Source of the DNA: Chiloscyllium plagiosum
Taxonomy: Eukaryota
Length of the DNA: 64,000 nucleotides
NCBI RefSeq assembly: GCF_004010195.1
Contig: NC_057718.1
Span: forward strand, 10,910,325 to 10,974,324
Reading direction: 5' to 3'
Shown in pieces: positions 24,559-38,029 of this stretch (position 1 is its first letter; each line of letters starts with the position of its first letter). Both the position numbers and the translations under genes were made by a program. The notes under the pieces were generated by a model. That model made no database searches. It saw only the letters and a program-made list of their open reading frames with translations, and was not told the DNA's origin.

Positions 24559-26195
24559 AAAAAAATTTTGAAGCATTCAGTGGCTTAAATGGGTAGACTC
24601 CAAACAGGTGGGAAAGATGGGATTTCCAATCACTTGACTGTTATCAAACCTCAGAATCATGCTTGACTGTACATTTGGCAGTAAGGATTAGAATAGCAGA
24701 TGTGGAACAACAAAACAAGATTTCCGAGAGAAAGCTCTGCCTCACCAGACCATTTCTACTGTGGTGATTTTCAAAATGCATTCCGTAAACTATGCAAGTG
24801 TTGGTTTGATTAACATTAGAAGTTTTTTTTAATGTAAAGTGGGGAATGCTAATTCCCTTGGGTCTTTCACACAAAGCAGAAACTCCTGATTCAATCAAAA
24901 TTTTTAACAAGTTTGTAAGTGGCCACAATGCTGTGGCAGGCATTACTGCCACAGAAGGATGGAAAGAGCCTTCGTTTTGTGTTATCTAGCATTTCAAAGT
25001 TTCTCGAGCTTTATTTCTTGATGTATTCTGAATTATCAAATAATAATTTTGAATAATCATAGCATTAGGTGCACAATGTTGAGAAGAAACCCAAAAAGAG
25101 GAGATACGTACTTATATGGGTCAAGTATCGCACGTTTGTCAGGGGGTAGTGGATAAGTGAACAACTTTGTGGAACTGGGGAAAAGAAAGGGAATGAGAAC
25201 CAACCAGTCATAGTTAAGCCAGGAAGTTAACTATTGTTTAATATCTCTCACAGGCATTGCACTGTCTCTGGCTAGTGTTCTGTACCTGAAGGTATAACTT
25301 GTTAATTAGGATGGTGGTATACCTGCTGCATATTTCCAATTCTATGTTGTCATGTAAGCAGTTGTTTTCTCAGTTGTGATGTTTAGATTTATGTCTTGAA
25401 GTCGTGGGCAGTGGTTGCCCAATGTTTCAAATGTGGCGTATTGATGGGCAGTTCTTGCTTTACCAACCAGCAATCAGAAATTGTTGGTGTCTGCCACGGT
25501 TCTGAGATGTGCCTTGTTCTTTATCTGATTGCTTGGGATTTGAGTTTGCAGCGCATTAGGTCAACTGCAAAACAATCCAAAATGCTCAGGTTCCTTTAAG
25601 TTGATAGGGAGCAGGAACGTTGTCAGTTGGTGAGGAGCGAATTTGAGCAAGGAGGAGCCATTTTGCTTCATTTCTTGGTCATCAAAGTGGATCTCAGTGA
25701 TATCTCAGTGCAAGTCTTTTGAGATTTAGGTAGGGTGAGGTAGGTAATGCACAAGCTACAAAAGATGGATTGTGTGATCTTGTTCCAGTTTCATGTCTTT
25801 GCCTTGCGAATTATACCTGGGCATTTTTTTATTTGTTGTGTTTTTCTGTGTTATACTATTTTACTGAAATATTGAGCACCTCTTAGGCAGTGTTAGAATG
25901 TTGTAAGCATTACTTGAATGCTTAGATTGGCTGAATGTTTGGGCTTAAGTTATTCTGCCCCTCAAGTTCAAAGGTAAATATGATTATCTTATATTTTTGA
26001 TAACTTTTTTGAGAGGGGGCATACTACCCAAAGCAGACGTGTGATTTGGGCAATAATGAAAGCTCATACTGTAGATGCTGGGAATCTAAAATGAAATGCT
26101 GGAGAAACATGGCAGCTCTGTCAGCATTTGTGAAGATAGAATTAATTTCTGTAGGGAACGTATTTGCCGATTTTTCACTCTGTAAACATATAGTG

Positions 26196-26414
26196 CAGGT
26201 CGTTCTAATATAACGCATGCTTCGTTAACACGAATTCCCTGTAACATGATTGACAAATTGGGAACACTATTTCTAAAGTGTGAACTTTTAAAATGTGTGT
26301 TGGTTGTAACACGATTACATCACCAACACTTTAAGCGCTGTTTCTAAAGTGTGATTTTTCTATAACATGAGATTTCACACGAACGCAACCATCACGTTGT
26401 AGAAGAACTACCTG
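26196..26414. mobile_element. MITE of Tc1/mariner (Tigger/pogo-like) type
   Basis: Imperfect TIRs caggtcgttctaatataacg / cgttgtagaagaactacctg; TA on the right flank, TG on the left. Confidence 0.65.
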
Positions 26415-28449
26415 TAGTTGTTCTCAGAGTAATTTGCAGGTAGAAGTACTTGAGAGACCTGAATTCTGCAACTGTCCATTCTTATCTTTTACCTAATCTT
26501 TTACCTTCTTATTTCCTAGCACATGTCAGATTAAGTTGAGCTGAGCAGCTTCTGAAGAGAGTGGAGACCAAGTCTTCACGTAGCTTGTGTTTAAAAATAG
26601 ACCATTGGGTTTTTATAATGAAGTGCAGCTACATACATCTGTAACAAGGGCAAATAGTCTGGATACCTCCATGCTGATGGTGAAAGCATGGGCTTACTGG
26701 GAACCAATTTACAACAGATTATACACCTTAGTGCAGTGGTATTGTCCCCACCTGTGAGCTAGGGAATTAGGGTTCAAGTACACGCTGCTCCCAGAGATAT
26801 CATATCCGAACGGGTTAATTCAAAAATTAACTACACAAATTGTTTGATTGACGAAGTGCTTTTAATCTCTGTAAATAAAGTTGTAAATCAACTACTCCAA
26901 ATGCCTATCTCCCTTGGAGCAGGCTCTTTACCTTGTGTGGAAAGGAGAACAGTCATTGTAATACAACATAGTACAGGTCTGTATGAGTTTAGGCATCCAC
27001 AGGTATATTTTCCAGCCAATTTTCTATCCCTGAATGCAAATTGCACTAAATTCATGTGCACTATTTTAACACAGGGTTCAACTTTTTAGAGCACTTTTTT
27101 ATTTTAAAGTGCATGTGGAAAATTCCTGTATTTTAATTGTTTGTAAAAGAGGAGTGTCCTGCAGACTAATATTCTACCTGTTTTTCAAGTTAGCTCAGTG
27201 GAGGTTGCACATACCCCATGTAGCCATTTAGGTTTTTGGATGATTATGCAAAGTTTCCATTTTTTCCAGAATTACTGCTGATTTGCTGCAACCTCTTGGA
27301 GCGCATCCTACAAAGCTTTTGGACTGGTTTGCAAATTTTAACCATTAAGATAGCAATTTAACCTATACATGTGTTAATTGGGTGTACATTCAAAGTTAAA
27401 ACTTTTCTGTTAATTTTTAAAACATTTTGTATTTTTTCTCATATATTTAGTCCATTTCTTTCAAGTCAAGTCCAGATTGAAATGTCTTATGAATGGTAAT
27501 TGGGATTGTTAATTACTGTACATGTATTGGTCTGTGGACACTAGGTTGAGGTCTTAATATATCAAAAATCTATTTTATGGACATATTGTAGCAGTTATAC
27601 CATCAGAGGAGCAAAGCGTTTTAGCACTGCTCAACTGGGATTAAAAAAATATATAAATTGAGCTAAAATCATATTTTACTTTCTTGGGAGGTTGGGGAAG
27701 AGAGCTTTGGCAAGTTGGTATGGATCAAAATTATCCTGCCCACATGTTAAAAGTTTACAATGGCCAAGTTATGTCTGCCACGACAGTGTAATATTTGAGC
27801 TCACATTTCCTGAAGTTTGACTCGAGAGGAATGACCAGGTAAAATTTTGTTGCACTTGATAATCTACTATTTGGTTATTTAAAAAAATAAAATTGGGTAT
27901 TAATTAGTGACTTGTATTGTTCTAGAATATTGGTGCAACGGGAGGTATTGTTTGGCACACTGTTTTGTATGTCTATAATTGGAATTATATTAATCACATT
28001 CAATGGGTTTGTTCTGGGAGAAAATCTTCTGTGAATACTTCCCACAGAGTATGTTTCAGACTTTTGCCTGCAGCAAATAGGAAGCTCGAGTTACTTGAGA
28101 TATTTTGGCCTTACTCCTTATGATATGTCACTGAAGGAAAAGTTTTGAGTACAATACAGGAAGATGATGAGCAATGATAGCTCAAAGAACAAGTCATTTT
28201 TGTTCATCAGGCACACCTGAAATGGCTCTGGTACAAATCAGAATAATCCCCCATTTTTTTAAAATGCCAATGTAATCAGTTTTTTAAAAAGTAACAATAT
28301 AAAAATAATTTTCACAACAAATGTCAACTTCTTGGCATTTGTGCACTGCTAATTGAAAGTGTGGAGCTTTGTATCTCCTTGTGTACTACAGCACTGATAC
28401 ATCAGCAGAAAGCTTATTCAAAAAAACTCAAGAAACCAGGCTGTGTATG

Positions 28450-29258
28450 CTATAGTTGTCCCCCACACTTGACTGCTGGATAATTTGTTGATCATGTTAA
28501 CCTGCAGCAGATCATGACTGAAAACAAACTAATAACTCTTATTCATGAACGAAGCATTGACATGTTTTGACTAGAATGTCCAGAAACAATAGAGAAGCTG
28601 AAATGAAGAATAAAATGCACAAACTCATCAATTTTAACCCAAGTTTAATGTTTTGTTTTCAAGTTGAATGTTTTTTGCAAGTGTTGAAATAATGCATGAA
28701 TACAATCAGTGGAACATTTGATTACAGTGGTTGAAAGTGATTTTAATGCCTCATGTGCATTGTGTAATTCTACACTATGCACTCTTTCTGAAGTAGACCA
28801 TAAGGATAGCGGTCGTGGAAAACACACCAGTTTTACACCAATGTGGCCTCATCTGTTGGGTTTATATGATCACTTCTGAGCTGCTGTAAAGTGAGTTTTG
28901 GTGCATGTTAGAAGTGAGTGTCCCTGGAAAGTGTTCCTTTGTGGCTGACCAGATTTACTTTCTCAATGCACTTTTGGCAGTATAACAAGTTTGCTAACTG
29001 TATGTTTCTCAAAAATGCCAAGCAGAAAGGGATAGTTACACTATAGTTGTCCTCCACACTTGACTGCTGGATAATTTGTTGATCATGTTAACCTGCAGCA
29101 GATTATGACTGAAAACAAACTGATAACTCTTTATTCATGAACGAAGCATTGACATGTTTTGAATGTCCAGAAACAGTAGAGAAGCTGAAACGAAGAACAA
29201 AATGCACAAACTCAACAATTTTAACCCAAGTTTAATGTTTTTTTCCCAAGTTGAATGT
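28450..29258 (+). repeat. ~220 bp direct duplication (28450-28671 and 29041-29258)
   Basis: Copies align end to end with about a dozen substitutions or small indels. Confidence 0.92.
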
Positions 29259-30489
29259 GGTCTTCTATGCTGTACTGCCAAGGTTTGGTCTGTGTTTGCC
29301 TTACATGTATGTGAATGGTTGGTAGTAATTCACTTTCCCAATGTCACACCTGTTTCATAACATGTAAACTCTGGCTTTAATTTTTTTTAGTTGAAAGAGA
29401 ACTCAATTTTATGAAATAGAGGTTTGAAATGGTGACTGTTCAGTATGCCTGATCTTGGAGTTAACATGCAGTGTGATTATTTTAGATTGAATCAATGTTG
29501 AAAATATTATGTAAAAATTTTAAAATATTTGGGACAATACAATAGTAGGTGTTTATATACCTTTTATACTGTCATTATCAAATCTTTAACAGAATTAATA
29601 TTACTAGCTCTCAATCTGCAGAAGTGCCTAGTATGTTCATTCAAGGCCAGTACAAGAAATGTAAATGTTAATATTTAAGGATTAAATTACAAGTCTATGA
29701 GAGAAAGCATTTACTCAAAGGGTGATCAGCAGTAGAGGTAAACTGAGTCAAATGATAAGTTCAACTGGTTTATCTGGTTCGGGGCTGGACGATTCACACC
29801 ACAAGATGTTCCTATGTGGTGTCAGTGCAGTTGTGAATATGCGTATGGGTTGTACAAGCAACAGGATAATTGAACTAAGTAAATGCTTTTGTTTTGAACT
29901 GACATCTTGTGGTTTTAGAGTACTGGGTCCAGACATTGCATTTTTCTAACATTCTATTTTATTAAATATGGGAGTTATGGGATATGTAAAACAAACCAGA
30001 TATGCAATTACAGTAAATATTTGTGGCAGCCTACTTGCATCAGGATCAGTTAAAATACAATCATTTATTTATAATGTTTGCAGCTCTATGAAGCTGAAGT
30101 GTATCATATTTGTCTTGGATTTAATTGTATAACCATTTTCAAAAAAATTAAATTCTAACTACTGATTCTCATTTTATGTATGAATAAACACTGATCTGTC
30201 AGTTCTAACTGAAGCTCAGTGGTTGTAGAGCCCAGGAGAGGTTTTAACACTAATTGCTTTTTGGAGTCCAGTGGGAAGTATGCACAAGGTTCTGTAGCTG
30301 GTTGGCAATCTGTATATCTGCCGGGTTTGTATATAAAAGGCACAATGCAAAAGTTTTAATGTATGTAATTTTGAATGTCTTTTAAGGGCTTAATGAAATT
30401 CAAAGGTGCTTTGTCATCTTCGTGTCTCTTGTGTACTTAAAAAAATCTGTATAATAACACTGCTTGTTACTTTTGGCTGAAAAATGAGC

Positions 30490-30495
30490 AATAAA
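30490..30495 (+). terminator. KIF13B: Probable distal KIF13B polyadenylation signal (implies ~7.2 kb 3' UTR)
   Basis: AATAAA after an AT-rich stretch with several TGTA motifs, followed by GT-rich tttgctgtgactttctgtaatgttg; other AATAAA at ~28609 and ~30183 are alternatives. Confidence 0.55.
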
Positions 30496-31189
30496 TACAA
30501 ATTCATGTACAAACTAGGTTTGCTGTGACTTTCTGTAATGTTGCTGGAGTTAAACTTTCTGAATGGGACTTCACATAGTTATACAAATAATAACATGCAG
30601 AATAGGTAAATTTGGAGCATTGCTTCCATGTAACTCATTTGCCAAGTTCTGCAGGTGCTGTAGATCTCATTCAGAATGCTGTCCTTACTTAGTAGATGAG
30701 CTAGTATCTGTGGAGAAGGGAGGGCTAATATTTGGGTCATTGTGTTGAAAAGTGATCAGAAACATTAAGCCCCGCTCTCTTTGCAGATGCTGCCCTGACC
30801 TCTGTGCATTTTAAATTCATTTTCAAAATAAATCTTGACTGATTCAGCTGTGATAATTGAACATCCACAAATCTGGGTATCTGAATCATTAAATGAGAGC
30901 AAACTTGTTATCTTATCAACTGCTGAAATTGCAGATCACAATAATTCTAATGGGACTGCCACTGAGGTGGTATTAATCTCTTTGGAGAATATTCCATTGA
31001 GGCCATTACAGCAAGAGTGTGTTTAAAAAAAAATAAACTCCAGGAAGTTGGTCAAAGTTGGATAGCAGTAGGAATAATTTAGATGGGAGTTTGAAACAGC
31101 TGGTTCAAGAATGGATGGTTTCGACTGGGAGGGAACAGGTTCCTCCATGTCAGTGCATTAGCAAGTAAGTGTATAGGTTTAGTTTGCAC

Positions 31190-31497
31190 TAGATTAGATT
31201 CCCTACAGTATGGAAACAGGCCCTTCGGACCAACACGTCCACACCAACCCTCCAAAAAACAACCCACCCAGACCCATTCTCCAACCCTATATTTACCCCA
31301 ACTAATACACCTAACACTGCGGGCAATTTAGCATGGCCAATTCACCTGACCTACATATCTTTGGACTGTGCGAGGAAACCCACGCAGACACGGGGAGAAT
31401 GTGTGAACTCCATACAGACAGTCACCTGAGGTAGGAATTGAACCCAGGTCCCTGGCGCTGTGAGGCAACAGTGCTAACTGAGGCACCGTGCGGCCCC
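31190..31497 (-). mobile_element. HE1-type V-SINE between the two poly(A) sites
   Basis: agattagatt tail, V-domain and tRNA head on the minus strand. Confidence 0.88.
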
Positions 31498-31871
31498 TAT
31501 TATATTTCCTGTATCCACCCAACTCAAAGTAAACAGGCAAAGTGTTGGGCTTTATTCACAACTGTTACCGTGCATCCCTTCTGTTAGCCGTAAAAGAACA
31601 AAATTTGCAAAGCGAACCTTTGAAAAGGCAAACAAAAGCAGGATGTGCTATTTAGCCTCTTGAATGATACTGTTTCACACTTTGCATTTTCAACTGTTTG
31701 CATTTTATTGCCCAAACATTGCAACATTATTTTTCGGTTCTTGACTCATTTTATTTCCCTTAATTTGATGTGGAGGGTGTTCGTGATCAGCAGTCAGCAA
31801 CGTTAAAGGACACCATAAAGAAACCCCATTATAAAACAAAGATGTTGAATGCAGTGCAATTTAAATTATAG

Positions 31872-31877
31872 TTTATT
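31872..31877 (-). terminator. HMBOX1: Probable HMBOX1 polyadenylation signal (implies ~5 kb 3' UTR)
   Basis: Minus strand reads ...tgtacagttg...ctgtattgtacaagtagaagaAAATAAActata...ctttgtttt: AATAAA with upstream TGTA and a downstream U/GU-rich element. Confidence 0.6.
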
Positions 31878-34800
31878 TTCTTCTACTTGTACAATACAGA
31901 TTTAACACAAATTTTAAAAAATAATTTCTTAAAACAACTGTACAAACAGCATTTTAACTTTTTTTTGCAGAACAGTCTACTGTCCAAAAAAGGCACTAAT
32001 CCAGAATAGGGAAAAAAAACTGATACAGGACTCAAATGAAAATACACCTTCTGGTCTGTATATATTTATTTGAAGTACTCTAAGGCTTTTAAGATAGTCT
32101 GTTCACCTTCCAGTTTGGGAAACAATAGGTTATTTCAGTGCAGAACTGCCACATTTCCTGCATCATTCCCTCCACCCCATTTTCAACCCACACACCCAAA
32201 ACAAATCTGGAATGTGGGGGCTTTTGAATTTATAACTGGTCTTGTGCATCTCCTCATCCAATCTGGCTCTAACAAGAGAAGAAAACAAATTAAACAGCAA
32301 GAATTGGAGGTACACTAGAATAAACTGAATTGGAGTAGTGGGGTCCATTTGACCCCTTGAGCCTGCTCTGATAAGATCACGGTTGACTGACAGGATTGTG
32401 GCCTGACCTCCACTTTGTTGCCTACCCTTGACTCCCTTATCAATCAAAAGGCAGGCTGCAGCTTTCAACACAAGTACAGAATGCCAAAGAAACTAATGAC
32501 CTTGAGAATATTCCTCCCCCCCCCCCCCTCATGGGAGAGACTGTAACTGATCGAGTTTACCTATCAATCCTTGATCAGAACTTTGGACAACTCAATAAGA
32601 TGACCTCTAAATTTTCTAGACTCCAATGGGTATAGTAGCAATGAATGGCCACATGTTCCCTACTTGTCAAAGTCATTCACTTGTCAAAGTCATTGCAGGG
32701 GAGCAATTTTCAAGGACACTGCAAAGAAAGAATGTGCATTCTGGGATAAACGTGTCATGAAACCTCGTGACAATTTATTTGAAATATGCATCATTTTGTT
32801 CAAAATGAAGTCAACTACGTGATTGTGAGTAATTGGTTATCATTTCCAGAGTTTGCAACTGTACAGCTGAATGGGCGGCAACCGCAGGATATAAAGTGGT
32901 ATTTCTGCCACTGTATTGGAACAAAGAATGAAGAGTGATCCATTATAACCAATGCCACTTAAAAGCAGCATGATAATGGCTGCTCTTCTATTAGTGTACT
33001 GTTTTCCTTTTTAAAAGGACATCTTGCTGAAATCTCTCATTATCCTCATTGCTTAAAAAGTTGGGAAATAGGTCCCAGCAGCAGTGAGAAAAGATCTGGC
33101 TGGAACAACAGTCCAGTCTCCAGTATGAACCTGCACTCAAATACAATTTCAGGCTTGAGCGATTCTGACCAGATTCGTTGCTACAAGAGGGATGGAGGTG
33201 ATGTGGGCAAGTTGTAAGGAAAGCTGCCTCTCCTGATTTAGTTGCCCTGAGTATGAGGAGCAGGTTTCCTTATCTGTTGGTTGATGGAAGCAATGGAGTG
33301 AGCAGGACAGTGTAGTTTTCTTTTTCAATGAATGACTTAAGACATACTGAAAGATATGCTCGCTCTCTCCTGTTCTAAAATCATAGATGAAATTTAAAAA
33401 AAACAAATTGAGCATAATGTTGAAGTCAAGCTAGAAACAAACATGTCTATATAATCTGACTTATCAGCACTTGCTGTGTCCACCCCTGAAAAGAATTACA
33501 AAATTGATTTATCAGAGAAGAGCAAAGGATAAAATAAATATTTTACCTAAAATATTTACTAATGGTTGAAGCAGAGACATATACAAGGCTGAACCAACTG
33601 ATCCTGCAAGTGGGCTAGCAGACACAAACATTGTAAGCTTACTGTGGTTCCAAATTATGATATCTAATCATTGTTTCCACTATAAATTGGGAGAAATTGA
33701 TTGGGTTGAACTTATGTTATTAAAAGGGGAACAAAGTAATCAGTAGTTTGCTGATATGCCCATGTCAATTTCAGAAACTGAGTCAACACATTCTACTTCA
33801 GTTTCATCAATAGTTTGAAGTGTCGTCTCATTCTGATCCATGGGTTTCTCCACAACTCTGAAAAATACCAGGGCACGAGTTACTTTCCAACAATCCTAAC
33901 TGAAAATGAACAGATATTTTAACACTCCAATGATGAATACAAATGCTGTCTTGTTGAAGTGTGCCACAAAAGTACTCTGCAGGTATCTCCACCAGAATAA
34001 CATCCACAATCAATACTGGCCAACTTCTGTCAGTGCTTTGTACTTCTCTCTCTCACACAGGGATGTTCTTTTTGGGATTAATTCATGGAAACCTGTTTAT
34101 TACTGCCTGTAAAAATCCAGTGTGTCTCAACTGAAGAACGTGGCTCATTTAAGTTATGTGTCACACAGCACTAGTACATGGTCCAGTGTCTTCTGTGCAA
34201 AACAAAAAGAGTAACAGGAAACTAATTTTGCAAGGATCTCTGTGTGAAAAACATTTGAGGCCTGTATTAGGGGAGGCGGTGGAATTGTATTACAAATACA
34301 AGAACAGCTGCTAAAATAGCAAATACAACATCCATAATACAGGGAAGGATTATGTCAACCTGAATCCTTCATTTACTCTACAGAATATTCCTTTTCTGCT
34401 TAGCAGAAAAATACATCAACTTATTACAAGACAAATAAAACCATAAATGACTAGTGTCTCTATTCCATGTTATTTATAGGTTTGGCAGCATTAGCTCAAA
34501 GGGTGCATGGGAAGTAAACACTTATTTTGATAGCTGAACTGATCAGCCAGGAAAATTGTAGTAAATATAAAACTAAGAAATCACTTAAGTAATGGATTCA
34601 CCTATTATCCATGGGAGTGATGCTCTAAACCAATATGTCCCTACATTACCTAATAGCTATTGATAATGGTATATGAGTATTGAAACAAGAGATTTATCAT
34701 TTGGAGACTGCTTATTTCATTTCCTCCCAGCATTTTCTCATGCAAATTGTGGCATTCAAATGGCAACTCTCACTGCATGTGTTAAAAGTCAATTTGTAGC

Positions 34801-36906
34801 ATGTAGTTGCACTATTATTCTGGTTCTAGATTGGAATTCTGATGCTCCTTGATCCATCAACAACATTTGAGGTAATTGAAGATACTAGCTCCTGTTAATG
34901 TTTTTATCACCCACTCTCTATGGATGATTATATTCAGCAAGCTCAAGCCCTGGCATACAAATTATTTCAAATCCGGTAGCAGTAAGGAAGTGCAGTTTCT
35001 GTCCACCCACCCATCCATTTAAAAGAGAAGCTACTTTATACATTTTCATTTAACCCCAACATATCTAATTTTATCTCTTTTTTAAAACCGGATCTTAGTT
35101 TCAGTTTGAGATCAAGTTAGAGTGAAATAAAATCCATCACAAATGTCAATCTTTAACCACTGCACGTGGAGGGATAATTGTGCCTCAACTCCCAGGCTTT
35201 ATTTGTTCCCTCAAAGAACTTTGTTGGATAAGGTTCTATTTGGCTTCACTTAGTCATAGTCATTCTTGATTTTGCATCACAGATAACATACTTGAGGTTG
35301 TTGAGCTATAAAAGACAGCAACAGCCTGAAAAAATCCTCAACTATGATCCTCCTACCAGCTTACATGGCAAAGCTATCCAGGATCAGACTTCTTTGTCCT
35401 AAACTTCCTGTGAAAATAACCAAAGGAGGTCCTAGTGTTCTTCCCTCCCCTCAATCCTAACATTTCTATAAATCGGATATATTGCAAACTGGTTTTCCAG
35501 TTCTCAAGGTTTCAGATTGATGATCTTCCTTAACGCTGCACAGAAACAGCCCAACCGATTAGCATCTGCAGCGTCTTCTGTTGACATGAGTGGAAGGTTT
35601 GCATCTGCTGTTTCACATTCATATGGGCACTGCATAACAAAATACTACACATAATAATAGCTTTAGCTTGCCTCTGATTACTATTAAAACAGTACAGAAA
35701 TAAAATATGACTGAGACACCATGTCCCTTCAAAGTTTTTTTTGGCCAATGCAGGAACTGGAGTTAAATACAGACACCCCCCTCTGTTTAATGCAAAAGAG
35801 CTCATTAACAGCACACTGGCAACAGGGACACTCCCATCAGTCTACTGCAGAAGAGTCAAATTGAGAACATTCAAGGAAGAAATCTGGTTTGTCAGTTGTT
35901 GTGGGTACATTGTGTGTGTGTGTAACACATACGATAATCTTCTAGGCTGCAAGTGGAATCACACCCTTGCAAAAACAATTCCAATCAAATTACATGTTCC
36001 ACCAGGTTCAAGCTTAAACTTCACTTAAGTCAGTTGCATTTAGTACATTAAAGGTGCTACTGGCAGTCTTGTTACAGCAATGACCAGTTCAATACAGACT
36101 TGGGATCCAAGCACTGCCTGCACCTGTCCAAACCAACTTTATGTAACAGTATTACAGTACAGATGTCCCAACTGTCTATATTTTAGTAGCCAGTTAGCGT
36201 GAGTAGGTTGCCACTGCAACATTTTTTCCTCTGCCATGAAGCTCCGTGCAATATGGTGACATCCAATTCTAGTCTTTGTTAGCGACAATCCAACACAGAA
36301 ATAGTTTGTCTGTAATTCTGAACAAACCAGCATTTTTAATTTCCCAAACCATCACACGTAATGAAAACCAAGGTCAGATAATCAGCAAATCTGGGAGACC
36401 CAGTCCAGGAATGTGCAGTTTAAAGTGGGAATATTTAACAGCACAGGTTGAAGCCATGGTAGGAGGAATCAGTCAAGGCCAGGCATCTGTGAAAGGGTTC
36501 TGTTTGCAGGACTACTTTAAGCAGAACCTTAAACAGGAGTAGTGGGAAGAGCCCTACAAAGCTATTACACCAAAGGTTTGAGAAACATTCTTTTGAGGTT
36601 ACAGGCTGGTCAGTACATATCGCCCGGAATGCTGGACTCAGGAACACTTCATAAGAACTTCATGCTCGGACACTGCATCCTTAGGAATGTTGGACGGTAA
36701 GGGCGGAGGTGCAGTTTTGACCAGGAGAACAGAGGACTTCTGGGTGAGATGTACAACCTTTGCCCAGGTCACCTCAGGATAGTTTACTGCATCTGGATGA
36801 AGAGAACCCTATTAACTATTCAAAACAAAACACAGATATATTGAGATTATATTAAAGACAGGGCAGTCCAATGATGTACCAAATCTCAGTCCTTTCCAAC
36901 AGTGCT

Positions 36907-37047
36907 TCAGTCATCTTCAATCACCTCTCTCTTTATTTCACTCCCTCCTTGTCTGGCTAATGCCAGGATGGTGTGATTGACTGCAGCCATTTCGACAGCT
37001 AAAGAGATAGGATCTTGCTGGGGATCACTATGGCTCGTGTTGTCATC
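36907..37047 (-). CDS. HMBOX1: HMBOX1 terminal coding exon
   Basis: aacaaag|GAT GAC...GAT GAC TGA; DDNTSHSDPQQDPISLAVEMAAVNHTILALARQGGSEIKREVIEDD*, close to the recalled human C-terminus. Confidence 0.95.
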   Translation of the reverse strand, partial: DDNTSHSDPQQDPISLAVEMAAVNHTILALARQGGSEIKREVIEDD

Positions 37048-38029
37048 CTTTGTTCAGGGGAGAAGAGAAAAGATTTAGATTCACAAGGAGAATTATGAAC
37101 CTGTCATAAATGCACCTCTGCCTCTCTCTCTCTCCTTACTTCCCTCCTCTCCTCTATCCTGATGGCCCTGAGCGAATCATCAGATCACCTAAATGACCAT
37201 CCCAGTCAAGAGCCTGCACTCGGACCATTGATGTTCTGACTGCTCTTGTTGATCGACTGTCCCATTCCAACCAAGTTAAAAGATGGTGAGAAGGAATCCC
37301 CACGGATATCCCACCCTGCTCAAAAATGTTAAGACTATTTTAATAACTTAGATGGGGTCAAAATGAGAACCTTTCTAGACTGTCCAGCTCACTTACTTGG
37401 GCAGCTCTCCTCCTGGTCAATTACACCAGAATTTCTTTTGTTGGTGCTGTGATCCACCACTTTTACCTGAAGTGTGAAATCATGCAACAAGATAATGTAG
37501 ACTGGAGTGCAGTGTACAGTTAGTGCAGGTATTATTAATGTACAGCATCAGAGATCACTGATCCTGGGACAGTTCAAAGGCAGAAGCATTTGATCCTAAA
37601 TATCCCAGGACAACAGAGGTGCAATCAGCCAGCGGTTCTCTTGTAGATAACTAGCAACATCACAAGTTTTGCACACCCATAGCTTCCCTGTCAATCGTGA
37701 CGGATCATTTTTGACTCGAGGTTGGTTTGCTAAACCACCTCACAGGCTCATTAAAAGCTAACTTACAGACTGGATTAAAATCAAGCAAGGGGAAGCCATG
37801 TTCTTACAGTGGGACCAATGAAGTGCTGTCTTTACAGATAAAGTTTCGCGATCTCCTGGACTGATTTCTGTTGTGTAAGGTACTTTGGAATTGCTCCACC
37901 TACTGATACAAAGACTAATCTCTGGGAGGAGGAAGTCGGTTCAGTTGGTTTCAGTTTGTTGTTAGTTCTATCTTCTATTGCTACTTAGCCTTGACCTGGC
38001 TACTATCACTTCGGCGATAGCCACAAACT

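Noticed and set aside
32516..32694. Poly-C run and a 17-nt tandem duplication (acttgtcaaagtcatt x2)
   Set aside because: Ordinary slippage products with no further structure
37808..37867. 60-nt AG..GT-bounded segment on the minus strand
   Set aside because: Has a stop in the phase-0 frame required by the upstream donor; no partner exon found
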